Shown in pieces: positions 10,915-22,062 of a stretch of DNA of 64,000 bases; the first letter of the stretch is position 1; every line of letters begins with the position of its first letter. Position numbers and translations under genes: made by a program. The stretch is from Narcine bancroftii (Eukaryota). Location: the NCBI RefSeq assembly GCF_036971445.1, contig NC_091476.1, forward strand, positions 64,914,001 through 64,978,000, read 5' to 3'. Under the pieces are notes generated by a model, which did no database searches, was not told where the DNA came from, and worked only from the letters and a program-made list of their open reading frames with translations.

Positions 10915-13900
10915 TTTAATCAAAATTACACATCTGGCTATCAATTACACATCTGGCTATCAATGAAGTAAAAAGTAAAATTTGGTTTTGAGTTGGATTC
11001 AGTAAAACATTATCTTCTTGAAATGATCCAAATAAAGTAATTAAAAGGCAAGTACTAATTTGACCTTAAGAATCACCAATAGATTGGGGAGTCACGTGAT
11101 GGAGTAGTGGCCAGTTGGGAAAACCAGCCCTCTCCAGGAAAATAGAAAAAAAAGTCAGGAAAAAGCAAAGCATAACAGAAATAAAGTACAAGAAACAGAA
11201 GATAAAGATACAGAGAAGAGAAAGAAGATGGCTTCCAGGAAGGAGAAAGTAAGAACAGCTGGAAAAAAAAGAAGTAAAAAAGGTGCCGGAGAAGAAGGAA
11301 GAAGGCCTTACCTGCAGGAAGGAACAGGACGCTGTGGTGATGAGGAGCGCCAGTACCTGCCCTGCAGAGTCGAGGCCCACCAGCCGGTACATTACAAAAA
11401 TGGCTCTCAGAGCCAAACAAAAGTGCGCAGTGTGCAATCAGAGGAGAAAGAAGACACCGACTGGTGGGAGGGGGGCTCAGCAGAGGAGCGGGCTGTCACA
11501 GACCAAGCAGCTGAGAGACGCCCGACACCAGGGCTCTCAACTGGAGGATAAGGTAGAGCAGAAGAGGGTGCGACGAAACAGACATGGAAGACAGACGGAG
11601 GGAAGATCATCAAGAAGACCAACCTCAAGAAGCACAACAGACGAGCAGCCCAAGAGGGGAGGAACAGCAACAAGAGGTCCAGCAAGAAGAGGCCGGTCAA
11701 AGAGATACAAGCAGCTCATCAGGAAAAACAGAAGAGACACAGACACAAAGAAAAGAAGACACAAACACAGATACAGACACAGAAGAAGAGGAAGAAGACC
11801 AAGATCTTCACAGAGAAATAGAAGGTAAAACTGATGGACAAAGAGAAATAAAAGGTAAAACTGATGAACAGAATATAGATAGTCTTTTTTGAAGAGCAAA
11901 TGAGATCACTAAAAGAATGGTTATCATTAGCGTTTAATGCAATTAAAAGAAAAATCAAAAAAACATAAAATACAAAGGTTAGAACTAGTAATGACAGAAA
12001 TAGGAAAAAGAGTAGAGCGTGTGGAAGAGCAGGAAATGGCTGTAGAAATGGAAGTAAATGACTTGAGAAAAATTGGAAGAAAGTGTCAAAAAAATTAAAG
12101 AGACACATGACTGTCAGAAAATTGATGTGTTGGAAAATTATAGAAGGTGAAACAACATAAAAATAGTGGGCCTGAAGGAGGGTGAAGAAGGCACAGACAT
12201 AAAGGAATTTATAAAAGGATGGATCCCGAAAGTCCTGGGAATGACAGAAATGCAGGAAGAAATGGTAATAGAAAGGGCACATAGAGCATTAGCTCCGAAA
12301 CCACAGGCACATCAAAAACCAAGATCCATCTTAGTAAAATTTTTGAGATATACGACAAGAGAAAATTACTGGAACAGGCAAGGAATAAAATTAGAGAAGA
12401 TAATGAACCATTGGAATACAAGGGTCAAAAAATATTTTTTTACCCAGACAAAGAGGAGGAAGGAATTTAATGCAGTAAAATCAACTTTATGGAAAAAAGG
12501 TTATAAATTCATATTAAGACATCCAGCCGTGCTTAAAATATTTATGCCCGGGGAGCAAAATAGACTGTTCTCGGATCCATAGAAAGCGCAAGAATTTGCG
12601 GAAGGTTTGCAGGACAGGAGAAGAGATGTCACAAGAATGAAGAATGGCGATAAAGTATATATAAAGATGTAAAAACAATATATAAAGAGAAAAAAGAGAA
12701 AGGAAGTAAGGGGGAAAAAAAGAGAGAGCTTTGTAATATGTGTGTTTTTTTTTAAAAGTGTTTTCTGGACAGGGCTGGGTGGAGGGGGAATAACAGTCAC
12801 TGCAAAATCAGTTGATGCTGCGAACAAGATTGCAACCCAAATGAAAAGGGGAGTTGTGGTTGCCCGGCAAGGGGTATGGGGCAACTCAGAGAGAGGGGAA
12901 CTTTGGGGTTAAGTTATTAGTGGATGTGGGAACTGCGGGGGTACTTTATATCTTAAATGTGTTGTCGTATATTAAGTGTAATAAGAGAAAACTAAGAGAT
13001 GAAAATGGGGAAAAGGGTAATAACGGTGGCAAAGAAGTGGAAAAGAGATGTATGCAAGAACGTTTTGGGAAGAATTAAATCAGATACTAAATAAAATTAC
13101 AAAAAAATAACATACCCAAAAATCCAAAGATATTTCTTTTAAGTAACATAAAAAGTAGAGTGATAAGCTTAGCAATAGCAAAAAAAATGTATAATGTCAA
13201 CTTGGAAAATGGAAGAGAGCATGAGTATACAGCAATGGTGTATGGAAATGAATAAATGTATTCCATTGGAAAGATATATAATTTTTTTTAAAAAGTCACA
13301 ATGTTTGAACAAATTTGGGAACCATGCATGAAACATATCAGAGAGAACTTGCCTACGACCTCCATCCCCTAAGATGAGAATGAAAATGATAAGAAGACAA
13401 AATGACTGGATTCAGTGTGTAATGAATAGATGATGCATTTTTCTTGTTTTCCTTTGTGTGAAATTTTTTTTAATGGTTTTTGTATTGTACATGTTGAATA
13501 TTTATGGGTATTGGAAGGGGGTGGGTAGGGGGGAAAAAAAGGGGAGAAAAGACCACTGTGTAAATTTAATGAGATACGTTTGTACATATTTTGGTTGATA
13601 TGGTTCACAGTGTGAAAAATGAAAAATTATATTAAAAAAATCACCAATAAAGTTTGAGAGATGTTTTTCCAATTTTTTTCTAGACGAGGGCAAGTCCAGA
13701 ACATGTGACTCAATGAAGCATCAAAAATTTGCATTTGTCACATAGAGGATTTATATCTGAATAAAAACAAGATCATTTAACTTTAGACCTATGTACTCCA
13801 TGCAGCACTTTAAATTGCATCAAACAATTTCGTGCGGAGAAGGAGGTCATATTGATCAGATTATAAATAGAATCCCAAACTTCATCCGAAAAGGATCATT

Positions 13901-14358
13901 TTAAATCCTGTTCCCAATCGTTCTTGATCTTAACTAGTGAGGCTATTCTTAAGTCGAGCAAATTGTTATAAATAATTGATATTGAACATTTATGGGAAAG
14001 CTGTAAATCAAGAATATTTACATCAGGAATTCACAGAAAGTCAGGGATCTTTGATTGAACAAATTGTAAATATCATTTTTAAAAAAAGAGCGATAAATTA
14101 AATTTTACCACCAGTCGTTCAAAGGAAGTAAAATTGTTTTGAAATTAAAAAATACTTTAAAAAGTTTAATATCTAATCTATGCCATTACTTAAAAACAGA
14201 ATCTAGTAAAGGTTGAAAAAGATGATCAGATGTAATAGAAAGAGAAAAACTCTGAAATCTAAAAAACTTTCCAAATTGTGTCCATACTCAAACTATGTCT
14301 CATTATTGGATTATCATTCAATTTATATAAAGAGGATTAAAATAGACCCTAGAATTGC
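10915..14358 (-). mobile_element. Old L1 ORF2 3' fragment, split by the 11086-13638 L1
   Basis: 10915-11070 joined to 13650-14358 aligns by eye with the L1 fragment at about 40220-41050 (CTAATTTGAC.TTAAGAATCACC.ATA; AAATCCTGTTCCCAATC.TTCTTGAT.TTAACTAGTGAGG). Confidence 0.7.
11086..13638 (+). mobile_element. L1 with intact 5' end, decayed ORF1, ORF2 almost wholly deleted, 3' UTR and A tail
   Basis: Starts GGGGAGTCACGTGATGGAGTAGTGGCC; ORF1 remnant IERAHRALAPKP...PRSILVKFLRY; jumps at about 13055 to the ORF2 end (FWEELNQILNKIT); TSD core AATCACCAATA at 11071 and 13639. Confidence 0.85.
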
Positions 14359-14368
14359 CAACATAGAT

Positions 14369-15925
14369 TCAATGTCTTAGTATCACTGTAATTATTGCTG
14401 TTTTACATGAATCTGGTAAGTTTTGTGTCTCATCAATCTGGTTGATTACATCCAGGAGGGGCGGTATTATTAGGTCTTTAAATGTTTTGTAGAATTCTAT
14501 TGGGAGTCCATCCTCTCCTGGTGTCTTATTATTTGGTAAATTTTTTATTATCTCTTGTATTTCTACTGTTCCAAATGGTTCTGTTAATTTATTTTGTTCC
14601 TCTATTTGTAGTTTTGGTAGTTCAATTTTAGTCAAAAATTCATCTATTTTCCCTTCTTTCCCTTCGTTTTCGGTTCGGTATAATTGTTCATAGAATTCTC
14701 TGAAGTTTTCCTTAATTTCTTTTGGATTATATGTAATTTGTTTGTCTTTTTTCCTTGTTGCCAATACCGTTTTCTTAGTTTGCTCTGTCTTAAGCTGCCA
14801 TGCTAGGATTTTGTGTGTTTTTTCCCCTAGTTCATAATATTTCTGTTTTGTCTTCATTATATTCTTCTCCACCTTATATGTTTGTAATGTTTCATATTTT
14901 ATTTTTTTATCCGCCAATTCTCTTCTTTTGGTTGTATCTTCCTTTATTGCTAATTTTTTTTCTATGTTTATTATTTCCCTTTCCAACTGCTCTGTTTCCT
15001 GATTATAGTCCTTCTTCATCTTGGTTGCATAACTTATTATTTGCCCTCTAATGAATGCTTTCATTGCGTCCCATAGTATAAACTTATCTTCCACTGATTC
15101 CGTATTTACTTCAAAGTACATTTTTAATTGTTTTTCAATAAATTCTCTAAAATCCTGTCTTTTAAGTAGCATGGGGTTTAATCTCCATCTATACATTCTT
15201 GGAGGGATGTCTTCTAGCTCTATTGCCAATAACAGGGGTGAGTGGTCCGATAATAGTCTAGCTTTATATTCCGTTTTCCTAACTCTCCCTTGTATGTGGG
15301 CTGATAACAGGAATAGGTCTATCCTTGAGTATGTTTTATGTCTAGTCGAGTAGTATGAGTATTCCTTTTCTTTTGGGTTTTGTTTCCTCCATATGTCCAC
15401 AAGTTTCATTTCTTGCATTGATTTAATTATAAATTTGGTTACTTTGTTCTTCCTGTTAATTTTTTTCCCCGTTTTATCCATATTTGGATCCAAATTCAGA
15501 TTGAAATCCCCTCCTATTAGTATGTTCCCTTGCGTATTAGCTACCTTCAAAAAGATATCTTGCATAAACTTTTGATCTTCTTCGTTAGGTGAATATATAT
15601 TAAGTAGATTCCAAAGCTCTGAATATATCTGACATTTTATCATAACATATCTCCCTGCTGGATCTATTATTTCCTCTTCTATTTTAAATGGCACATTTTT
15701 GCTAATTAATATAGCCACTCCTCTTGCTTTTGAATTATACGATGCTGCTGTTACATGTCCTACCCAATCTCTCTTTAATTTCATGTGCTCCAATTCAGTT
15801 AAATGTGTTTCTTGGACAAATGCTATATCTATTTTTTCCTTTTTCAGTAAATTTAGTAGTTTCTTCCTTTTAATTTGGTTATGTATTCCATTAATATTTA
15901 GAGTCATATAGTTCAGCGTAGCCAT
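14369..15925 (-). CDS. L1 ORF2p N-terminal 518 aa (APE endonuclease plus linker, no RT)
   Basis: TLNINGI, FVQETHL, IGGDFN, YSRIDLF and LLSDHSP endonuclease motifs; KTPGEDGLPIEFYK; ends at TAIITVIL and reads into the TSD to a stop. Confidence 0.88.
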   Translation of the reverse strand: MATLNYMTLNINGIHNQIKRKKLLNLLKKEKIDIAFVQETHLTELEHMKLKRDWVGHVTAASYNSKARGVAILISKNVPFKIEEEIIDPAGRYVMIKCQIYSELWNLLNIYSPNEEDQKFMQDIFLKVANTQGNILIGGDFNLNLDPNMDKTGKKINRKNKVTKFIIKSMQEMKLVDIWRKQNPKEKEYSYYSTRHKTYSRIDLFLLSAHIQGRVRKTEYKARLLSDHSPLLLAIELEDIPPRMYRWRLNPMLLKRQDFREFIEKQLKMYFEVNTESVEDKFILWDAMKAFIRGQIISYATKMKKDYNQETEQLEREIINIEKKLAIKEDTTKRRELADKKIKYETLQTYKVEKNIMKTKQKYYELGEKTHKILAWQLKTEQTKKTVLATRKKDKQITYNPKEIKENFREFYEQLYRTENEGKEGKIDEFLTKIELPKLQIEEQNKLTEPFGTVEIQEIIKNLPNNKTPGEDGLPIEFYKTFKDLIIPPLLDVINQIDETQNLPDSCKTAIITVILRH

Positions 15926-17887
15926 TTTATATTTTGTTTATCTTCTCTTTCCGTTTTTCCATCATTACCTTTCCTCCTTTTCCATTTCTGTTTTCTTATT
16001 TTCAACTCTTTACCAGACAACATTCCTACAACATCCAACTTTTTCCTTATTCTCCTATTTCTATCTTCTTTATCCCCAATCTCCCCTTCCCCTCCTGAGT
16101 TGCCCTTTATCCCTTGTCGGACAACCACATCTCCCCTCTCCATTTGGATTTGCGAATCCACTCGCAAGCGTCAACTGATTTTGCAGTGACCGCTCTTTTC
16201 CCCCCACCCAGCCCCCCCCAGAAAAGATTTCACTTTTCATATGTCACAAAGGTCACTCTTTTAATTCCCTCCTTATTCTCTCTATTCCATTACCTTCCCT
16301 TATTAATTCTTGTCTATACTTTCTATGTTTTCCTCTAATTACAGATACTTTCACATATGCCCGTTGTCTCTATTCACTCTTATACCTCTTTACCCGCATA
16401 CATATCAATCGTGGTCATTTTTACCCTCCTTACCCGTCTTCATCCCTCAGTCTATTTTTGTCTTTACCCACATACATATCAATCGTGATAATTTTTGCTC
16501 TCATTACCCGTCTTCATCCCTCAGTCTATTTTTGTAATTGTTCTGCAAATTTTCGTGCTTCTTCTGGATCCGAGAATAGTCTGTTTTGTTGTCCTGGAAT
16601 AAATATTTTCAATACCGCAGGATGCTTCAGTGTAAATTTATATCCTTTCTTCCATAAAATCGCTTTTGCTGCATTGAACTCTTTTCTCTTCTTTAGGAGT
16701 TCAAAGCTTATATCTGGATAAATGAAGATTTTTTGCCCTTTATACTCCAGTGGTTTGTTGCCCTCTCTTACTTTTTCCATTGTCTTCTCCAGCACCTTTT
16801 CTCTTGTAGTATATCTTAGGAATTTTACTACAATAGATCTTGGTTTTTGTTGTGGTTGTGGTTTAGGGGCCAATGCTCTATGTGCCCTTTCTATTTCCAT
16901 TTCTTGCTGTAGTTCTGGACATCCTAGGGCCTTAGGGATCCATTCTTTTATAAACTCCCTCATATTCTTGCCTTCTACATCTTCCTTAAGGCCCACTATC
17001 TTTATGTTATTTCTTCTGTTATAATTTTCCATTATATCTATTTTTTGGGCTAGTAATTCTTGTGTCTCTTTAGTTTTTTTATTAGATTCCTCCAATTTCT
17101 TTTTTAAGTCTTCTACCTCCATTTCTGCTGCTATTGCCCGTTCTTCCATCTTGTCCATTTTTTTCCCCATTTCTGTTAAGGTCATATCCATTTTATTTAT
17201 TTTCTTTTCTGTGTTGTTTATTCTTCTTCTTAAATCATTGAATTCCTGTGTTTGCCATTCTTTAAATGACTCCATGTATCCTCTAACAAGAGCAAGTACC
17301 TCCTTTACCTTGCCTATCTTTTCTTCTTCTATTTCCCTGTACTCTTCCTCTTCCTCTTCTTCTTCCTCTAGGTTGACCATCTGTTGTTTCTTTGCTGCCC
17401 TTTCCTCCTCTTCTTTCTTGTTTCCATTGTCTTCTGTGGTGTCTTCTTGCTGCAGGTGTTCTGCAGCTGTCGTTGCCGGCTGTGGAGATCGACTCCCCAG
17501 CTGGTCCCCCCTCCCGTCGGTGTGTTTTTTTGTATGCGCATCGCGCATGCGCGAGGAGTCGCGCATGCGCGGTTGCGCACTTTTACTCGGCTCTGTGAGC
17601 CATTGTTGTAGTTCTCTTTCTACCGACCTGAGGTAGTGGGGTCTTCTCTCCGCAGCGGGCCTCTTCGGACAGGTAAGGCCTTCACCTTTTTCCTCCGTTG
17701 TCTTCTCTTCCTCTCTTCTTTCCGTTGATTTTGATTTTTCTCCTTTTGTCTCCATCTTCTTTCCACCTTTATATTCACTTTTCTTTAACTTGTATTTCTG
17801 TGCCTTTGTATTTTCTCTCGTTTTTCCCGACTTTTCTGGAGAGGGCTGGAGTTCACCGTCTGGCCACTACTCCATCACGTGACTCCT
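14377..17887 (-). mobile_element. Young L1, 5'-intact but 3'-truncated, with perfect 18-bp TSD
   Basis: The 5' end AGGAGTCACGTGATGG is at 17887, followed by uninterrupted ORF1 and ORF2 N-terminus. CAACATAGATTCAATGTC occurs at 14359-14376 and 17888-17905. Confidence 0.92.
16526..17755 (-). CDS. L1 ORF1p (Transposase_22-like: coiled coil, RRM, CTD), intact, 409 aa
   Basis: Motifs ENYNRRNNIKIVGL, EIERAHR, PRSIVVKFLRY, IFIYPDIS and HPAVLKI. Confidence 0.9.
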   Translation of the reverse strand: METKGEKSKSTERREEEKTTEEKGEGLTCPKRPAAERRPHYLRSVERELQQWLTEPSKSAQPRMRDSSRMRDAHTKKHTDGRGDQLGSRSPQPATTAAEHLQQEDTTEDNGNKKEEEERAAKKQQMVNLEEEEEEEEEYREIEEEKIGKVKEVLALVRGYMESFKEWQTQEFNDLRRRINNTEKKINKMDMTLTEMGKKMDKMEERAIAAEMEVEDLKKKLEESNKKTKETQELLAQKIDIMENYNRRNNIKIVGLKEDVEGKNMREFIKEWIPKALGCPELQQEMEIERAHRALAPKPQPQQKPRSIVVKFLRYTTREKVLEKTMEKVREGNKPLEYKGQKIFIYPDISFELLKKRKEFNAAKAILWKKGYKFTLKHPAVLKIFIPGQQNRLFSDPEEARKFAEQLQK

Positions 17888-18199
17888 CAACATAGATTCA
17901 ATGTCCATGTTGAACCAAAGGGAGAAAAATACAATAAAAAGATGATAAAAAAGAATAAAATAAGAGGAACTCTCCCATCCCACCCCCTCCCCTCAATCTG
18001 GTAAGACTCTTCGTCTCGTCAAAAATCTGAACCATGATGGCATGCAAGCTGGGATCCACAACATTCAATTTCAATCTGCTCCTACTGTATAAGACTGCAC
18101 CTCTTCCGCTCTCTCCCCCCCCCCCCACCCACCCCCACAACAAAATAATGAAAGTCCAGGTCCATGGAAAGTGGACTGTGTGGCCAGGCACAATTCCAA

Positions 18200-18827
18200 T
18201 GCTATCTACAAGTTTGCTGATGACACCACAACTGTGGAAATGAGGAAACGTACAGGAGGGAGATAGATCAGCTCACTGAATGCTATGATAACAACAACTT
18301 TGCACTCAACGTCAGCAAAACTAAGGAGATAATTGTGGACTTCAGGAAGTCAAGGGAACACAACCCTGTTCTCATTTGAGGGCTCAGTGGTGGAGAGGGT
18401 CACATTTCTGGGGTTAACATCTCCAAGGATCTGACCTGAAGCCTCCATGTTGATGCAATCACCAAGAAGGCTCGGCTCGCCAGTGGCTACACTTTATGAG
18501 GAGATTTGGTATGTCACCGAACACTCTCATCTACATGAGGCGGTGTCTTTAAAAAAGCAGCCTCCATCCTCAAAGACCTCCACCACAAGGTCATATCCTC
18601 CTTGGGGAAAAGGTATAGGAGCCTAAAGAAGGGAATTCAGTAGCACAAGGACAGCTTCTTCCTTGCTGCCATCAGATTCTTGAAAAATCAATGAACCAAA
18701 GACATTGCCTTACTTTTCGTGCATTATTATTTAAATTTTTTATAGGAAAGTTGTGAGATGATTATAATATGAATGTTTGCACTGCTGCAAAACACTGAAT
18801 TTTATGACGTGTTCATGACAATAAATT
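18200..18827 (+). mobile_element. Rex-Babar-type LINE 3' fragment whose tail is the target of the 18828-29514 L1
   Basis: KFADDTT and NVSKTKEIIVDFRK remnants; the tail CATGACAATAAATT continues as ...CTGACTC after 29529. Confidence 0.75.
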
Positions 18828-21800
18828 ATTTTTGAAAATCTAATTTATAGCTTGTAATAATGCCTAACAATTATTCAATTATATATAGACGATACAATAT
18901 TATTCAATACTAGATGATACAAAAAATTCATAGTTTCCCCTAAAAACCCCTCCCACAAGGAGGTAAAGAAAAAAACCTAGACTATATATTAATCATTAAT
19001 CATATTCTCTTGATATAACTATTGTATCTCCTGATTATTGATTGAGAGGAGTGGGTGATATTTTTATTAACAAATTTTATATATGGTTCCCAAATCATAG
19101 ATATTCCCAATCTGATTCCTTAAATTATAAGTAATTTTTTTCCAATGATATACAGTTTTGTATTTCCATGTTCCGTCTGTCTATCATTATAAAATTTTCT
19201 GTTTTCCACTGCTACACATTTTTTTGCTACCCCGCTATTGCTATATTAAGAAATTTTTCTTGATATTTATTCCTTTAATTTCACATCTTCTTCATATATA
19301 TTAGCAAGTAAAAATATTCTGAGATCCTTTTGTATTTTTATCTTCATAATTTGTCCTAATAATATGCTCAAATCTTTCCAAGATTTCTCCACATTAACAC
19401 AGGACCAAACTGAGTGTATAAAGGTCCCTACTTCCTTATTACATCTAAAACATTTATCAGAATAATTTGAGTTTAATCTTTTTAATTTATTTTGAGTATA
19501 ATACAATTGATGGAGAAAATTATACTATATGATATCTAACATTAATTGTATTTGTTACACTCTCTTGGCACAATCTTGACCAAACTTCTTCTTGAATTTG
19601 TATATTTATCTCTTTTTCCCATCTTTGTTTTGATTTATATAGTTCTTCTTTTTCCATAGTATCTTGTAATTTTATATATATATTTGTAATAAATTTCTCA
19701 ATAAATGTATCTGTAATTAAATATTCAAATTGGCTCTGTCTGGCAGTCTTAAACTCGCACCTAATTTCCCTTGCAAACAAATTTTAAATTGAAAAAATTA
19801 TTATTTGGTATTTCATATTTATCTTACATTTGTTCAAAAGTCATTAAAAAAGGTATCTAGAAAACCATCTTTTATTCTCTGTATACCTTACTATATCAAA
19901 TATCAAAAAAGGATTATTCAATGTAAAAAGAATAAGCTGATTTTGTTTCAACATCTTTGGTATTTGATCACTTTTAATTCCTCTTTCCATATGAATTCCA
20001 TATAATATTAGTACTTCTGTTTTCTTGTTCAATAATTCATTATTCCATTTATATAAAAATACCCTTGGTTGATTCTCCTATTTTATTCATTTTAATATGA
20101 ACCCACGCTGCTGCTTCTCCAATTATAACGGGACAAGAATCTTGATTGGGCTGTTTTGTAATAATTTTTAAAATTTGGTAATCTTAATCTTCCTTGTTCA
20201 AATTTCCAAATCAGTCTTTCCAGAGCTACTCTTGGCATTTTATCTCTCCAAGTAAATTTCCTTATATGTTTATTTAGCTCTTGGAAAAACTTCTCTGGTA
20301 GAGGAATGGGTAATGATTAAAATAAATACTGTATTCTTGGAAAAATGTTCATCTTGACACAATTTACTCGTCCCATTAAAGTTAATGGCAAATCTTCCCA
20401 ATTTTAAAAATCTTCCTCAATTTTTTAAATAGTGGTATGCAATTCAATTTAAATAAATTATTTAAATCTCTATCTATTTTTATTCCTAAATATTTAATTG
20501 CTGATTTTTGTCATTTAAATTGTCATTTTTAAAAAATTTGTGTATAATCCATATCAACCATAGGCATCACTTTACTCTTATCACTATTTACTTTGTCAAC
20601 TGACACTAAACCATATTCTACTAATCTTGCATTTAATTTGCACAATTATATAACATCATCTATAACATCATCTGCAAATAAACTAATTTTATGTTCTTTA
20701 TTGTCTATCTCAAAACTTTTAATCTCATTGTCTCTTCTAATTATTTCCACCAAAGGTTCTATGGCCAACATAGAATATTGAATATTTGTTCTATGACAAA
20801 TAAAAATGGTGATAACAGGCATCCTTGCCTAGATGATCTCTCTAATAAAAATGACTTTGATATTTGCCTATTTGTGACCACTTTAACTTTTAGTTGATAA
20901 TATGATACTTTTATCCATATAAAAACAGTTAGAATTCAAAATGTACTTAACACCTTAAATAAAATGTCCCATTCTATTCTGTCAAATGCTTTTTCTGCGT
21001 CTAACGTGACCACACTGCTGGTTTCTTTTCTTTTTGTGCTACACTTAATAAACTCATAAATTTAACTATATTATCCACAGATCTATTTTTAATAAAACCT
21101 GTTTGATCCATATTTATTAATTTTTGTAAATATTTAATTAATCTATTAGCTAATCATTTAGATACAATTTTATAATCTGTATTTAATAACAATATAGGTC
21201 TATAAGAGGAAGGTTGTAAAGAATCTTTCCTTTTTTTGGAGTAACTGTTATTAATGCTGTTTTGAAAGATTCTGCCAGATCATGTGACTCTCTTATTTGA
21301 TCTAATACTTTCAATAATACAGGAGTTAACAATTCTTTAAATTCTTTATAAAACTCCGGAGGAAAACCATCTTCAACTGGGGCTTTATTATTCTATAAAA
21401 TGACATCTATCACAGAAAAAAGATTAGATAACTCAAATTTTTCTTCCATATTTAACACAGGTAATTTAACGTGATGAATATTTCTCTATTTTTTTTTCAT
21501 CTTTCAGAGATTCTGATTGATATAATTGTAAAAATTTCTAAAATTATCATTTATTTCTTGCATCATAGGTGATTTGGCCATTCTCATTCTTCGTTGCAAC
21601 TATTGTTCTTGATACTTGTTCAACTTTTAATTGTCACGCTAATACTTTGTGAGCTCTTTCAGCTAGTTCATAATATTTCTGCCGAGTTCTCATGAGTATA
21701 AGTTTGTATTGTATTAAATCTTAATTTTTTTGGTTCCAATAATCTTTTTTTCTTCATTTTTTGATATGTAGTTCATTCTCTAAATTTAAAATTTCCTTTT

Positions 21801-22062
21801 CCAATTGGTCTACTTTCTTTAGATGTATAACTTATTATTTGACCTCTTAAATATGACTTCATGGGATCTGATATAGTAACTGAATTTTCATTAGTTTCTA
21901 AAAAAAATGTTTCCTGTTTTCTTATGATATCACAAAAATCTTTTCTCTAATAATATTGTATTAAGTCTCCATCTACAACCTATATTTTGTTCATCCTCCA
22001 ATACAATTGACAAAACTAATGGTGAATGATCAGATAAAACTCTCAGTTAATATTCTACCTTT

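Noticed and set aside
10924-10961. 19-bp tandem duplication (similar short ones at about 11812-11870, 26342-26413 and 37332-37360)
   Set aside because: Ordinary slippage duplications within or next to TE relics.
11228-11892. Arg-rich protamine-like and Glu-rich ORFs
   Set aside because: Alternative frames of a frameshifted, purine-rich L1 ORF1.
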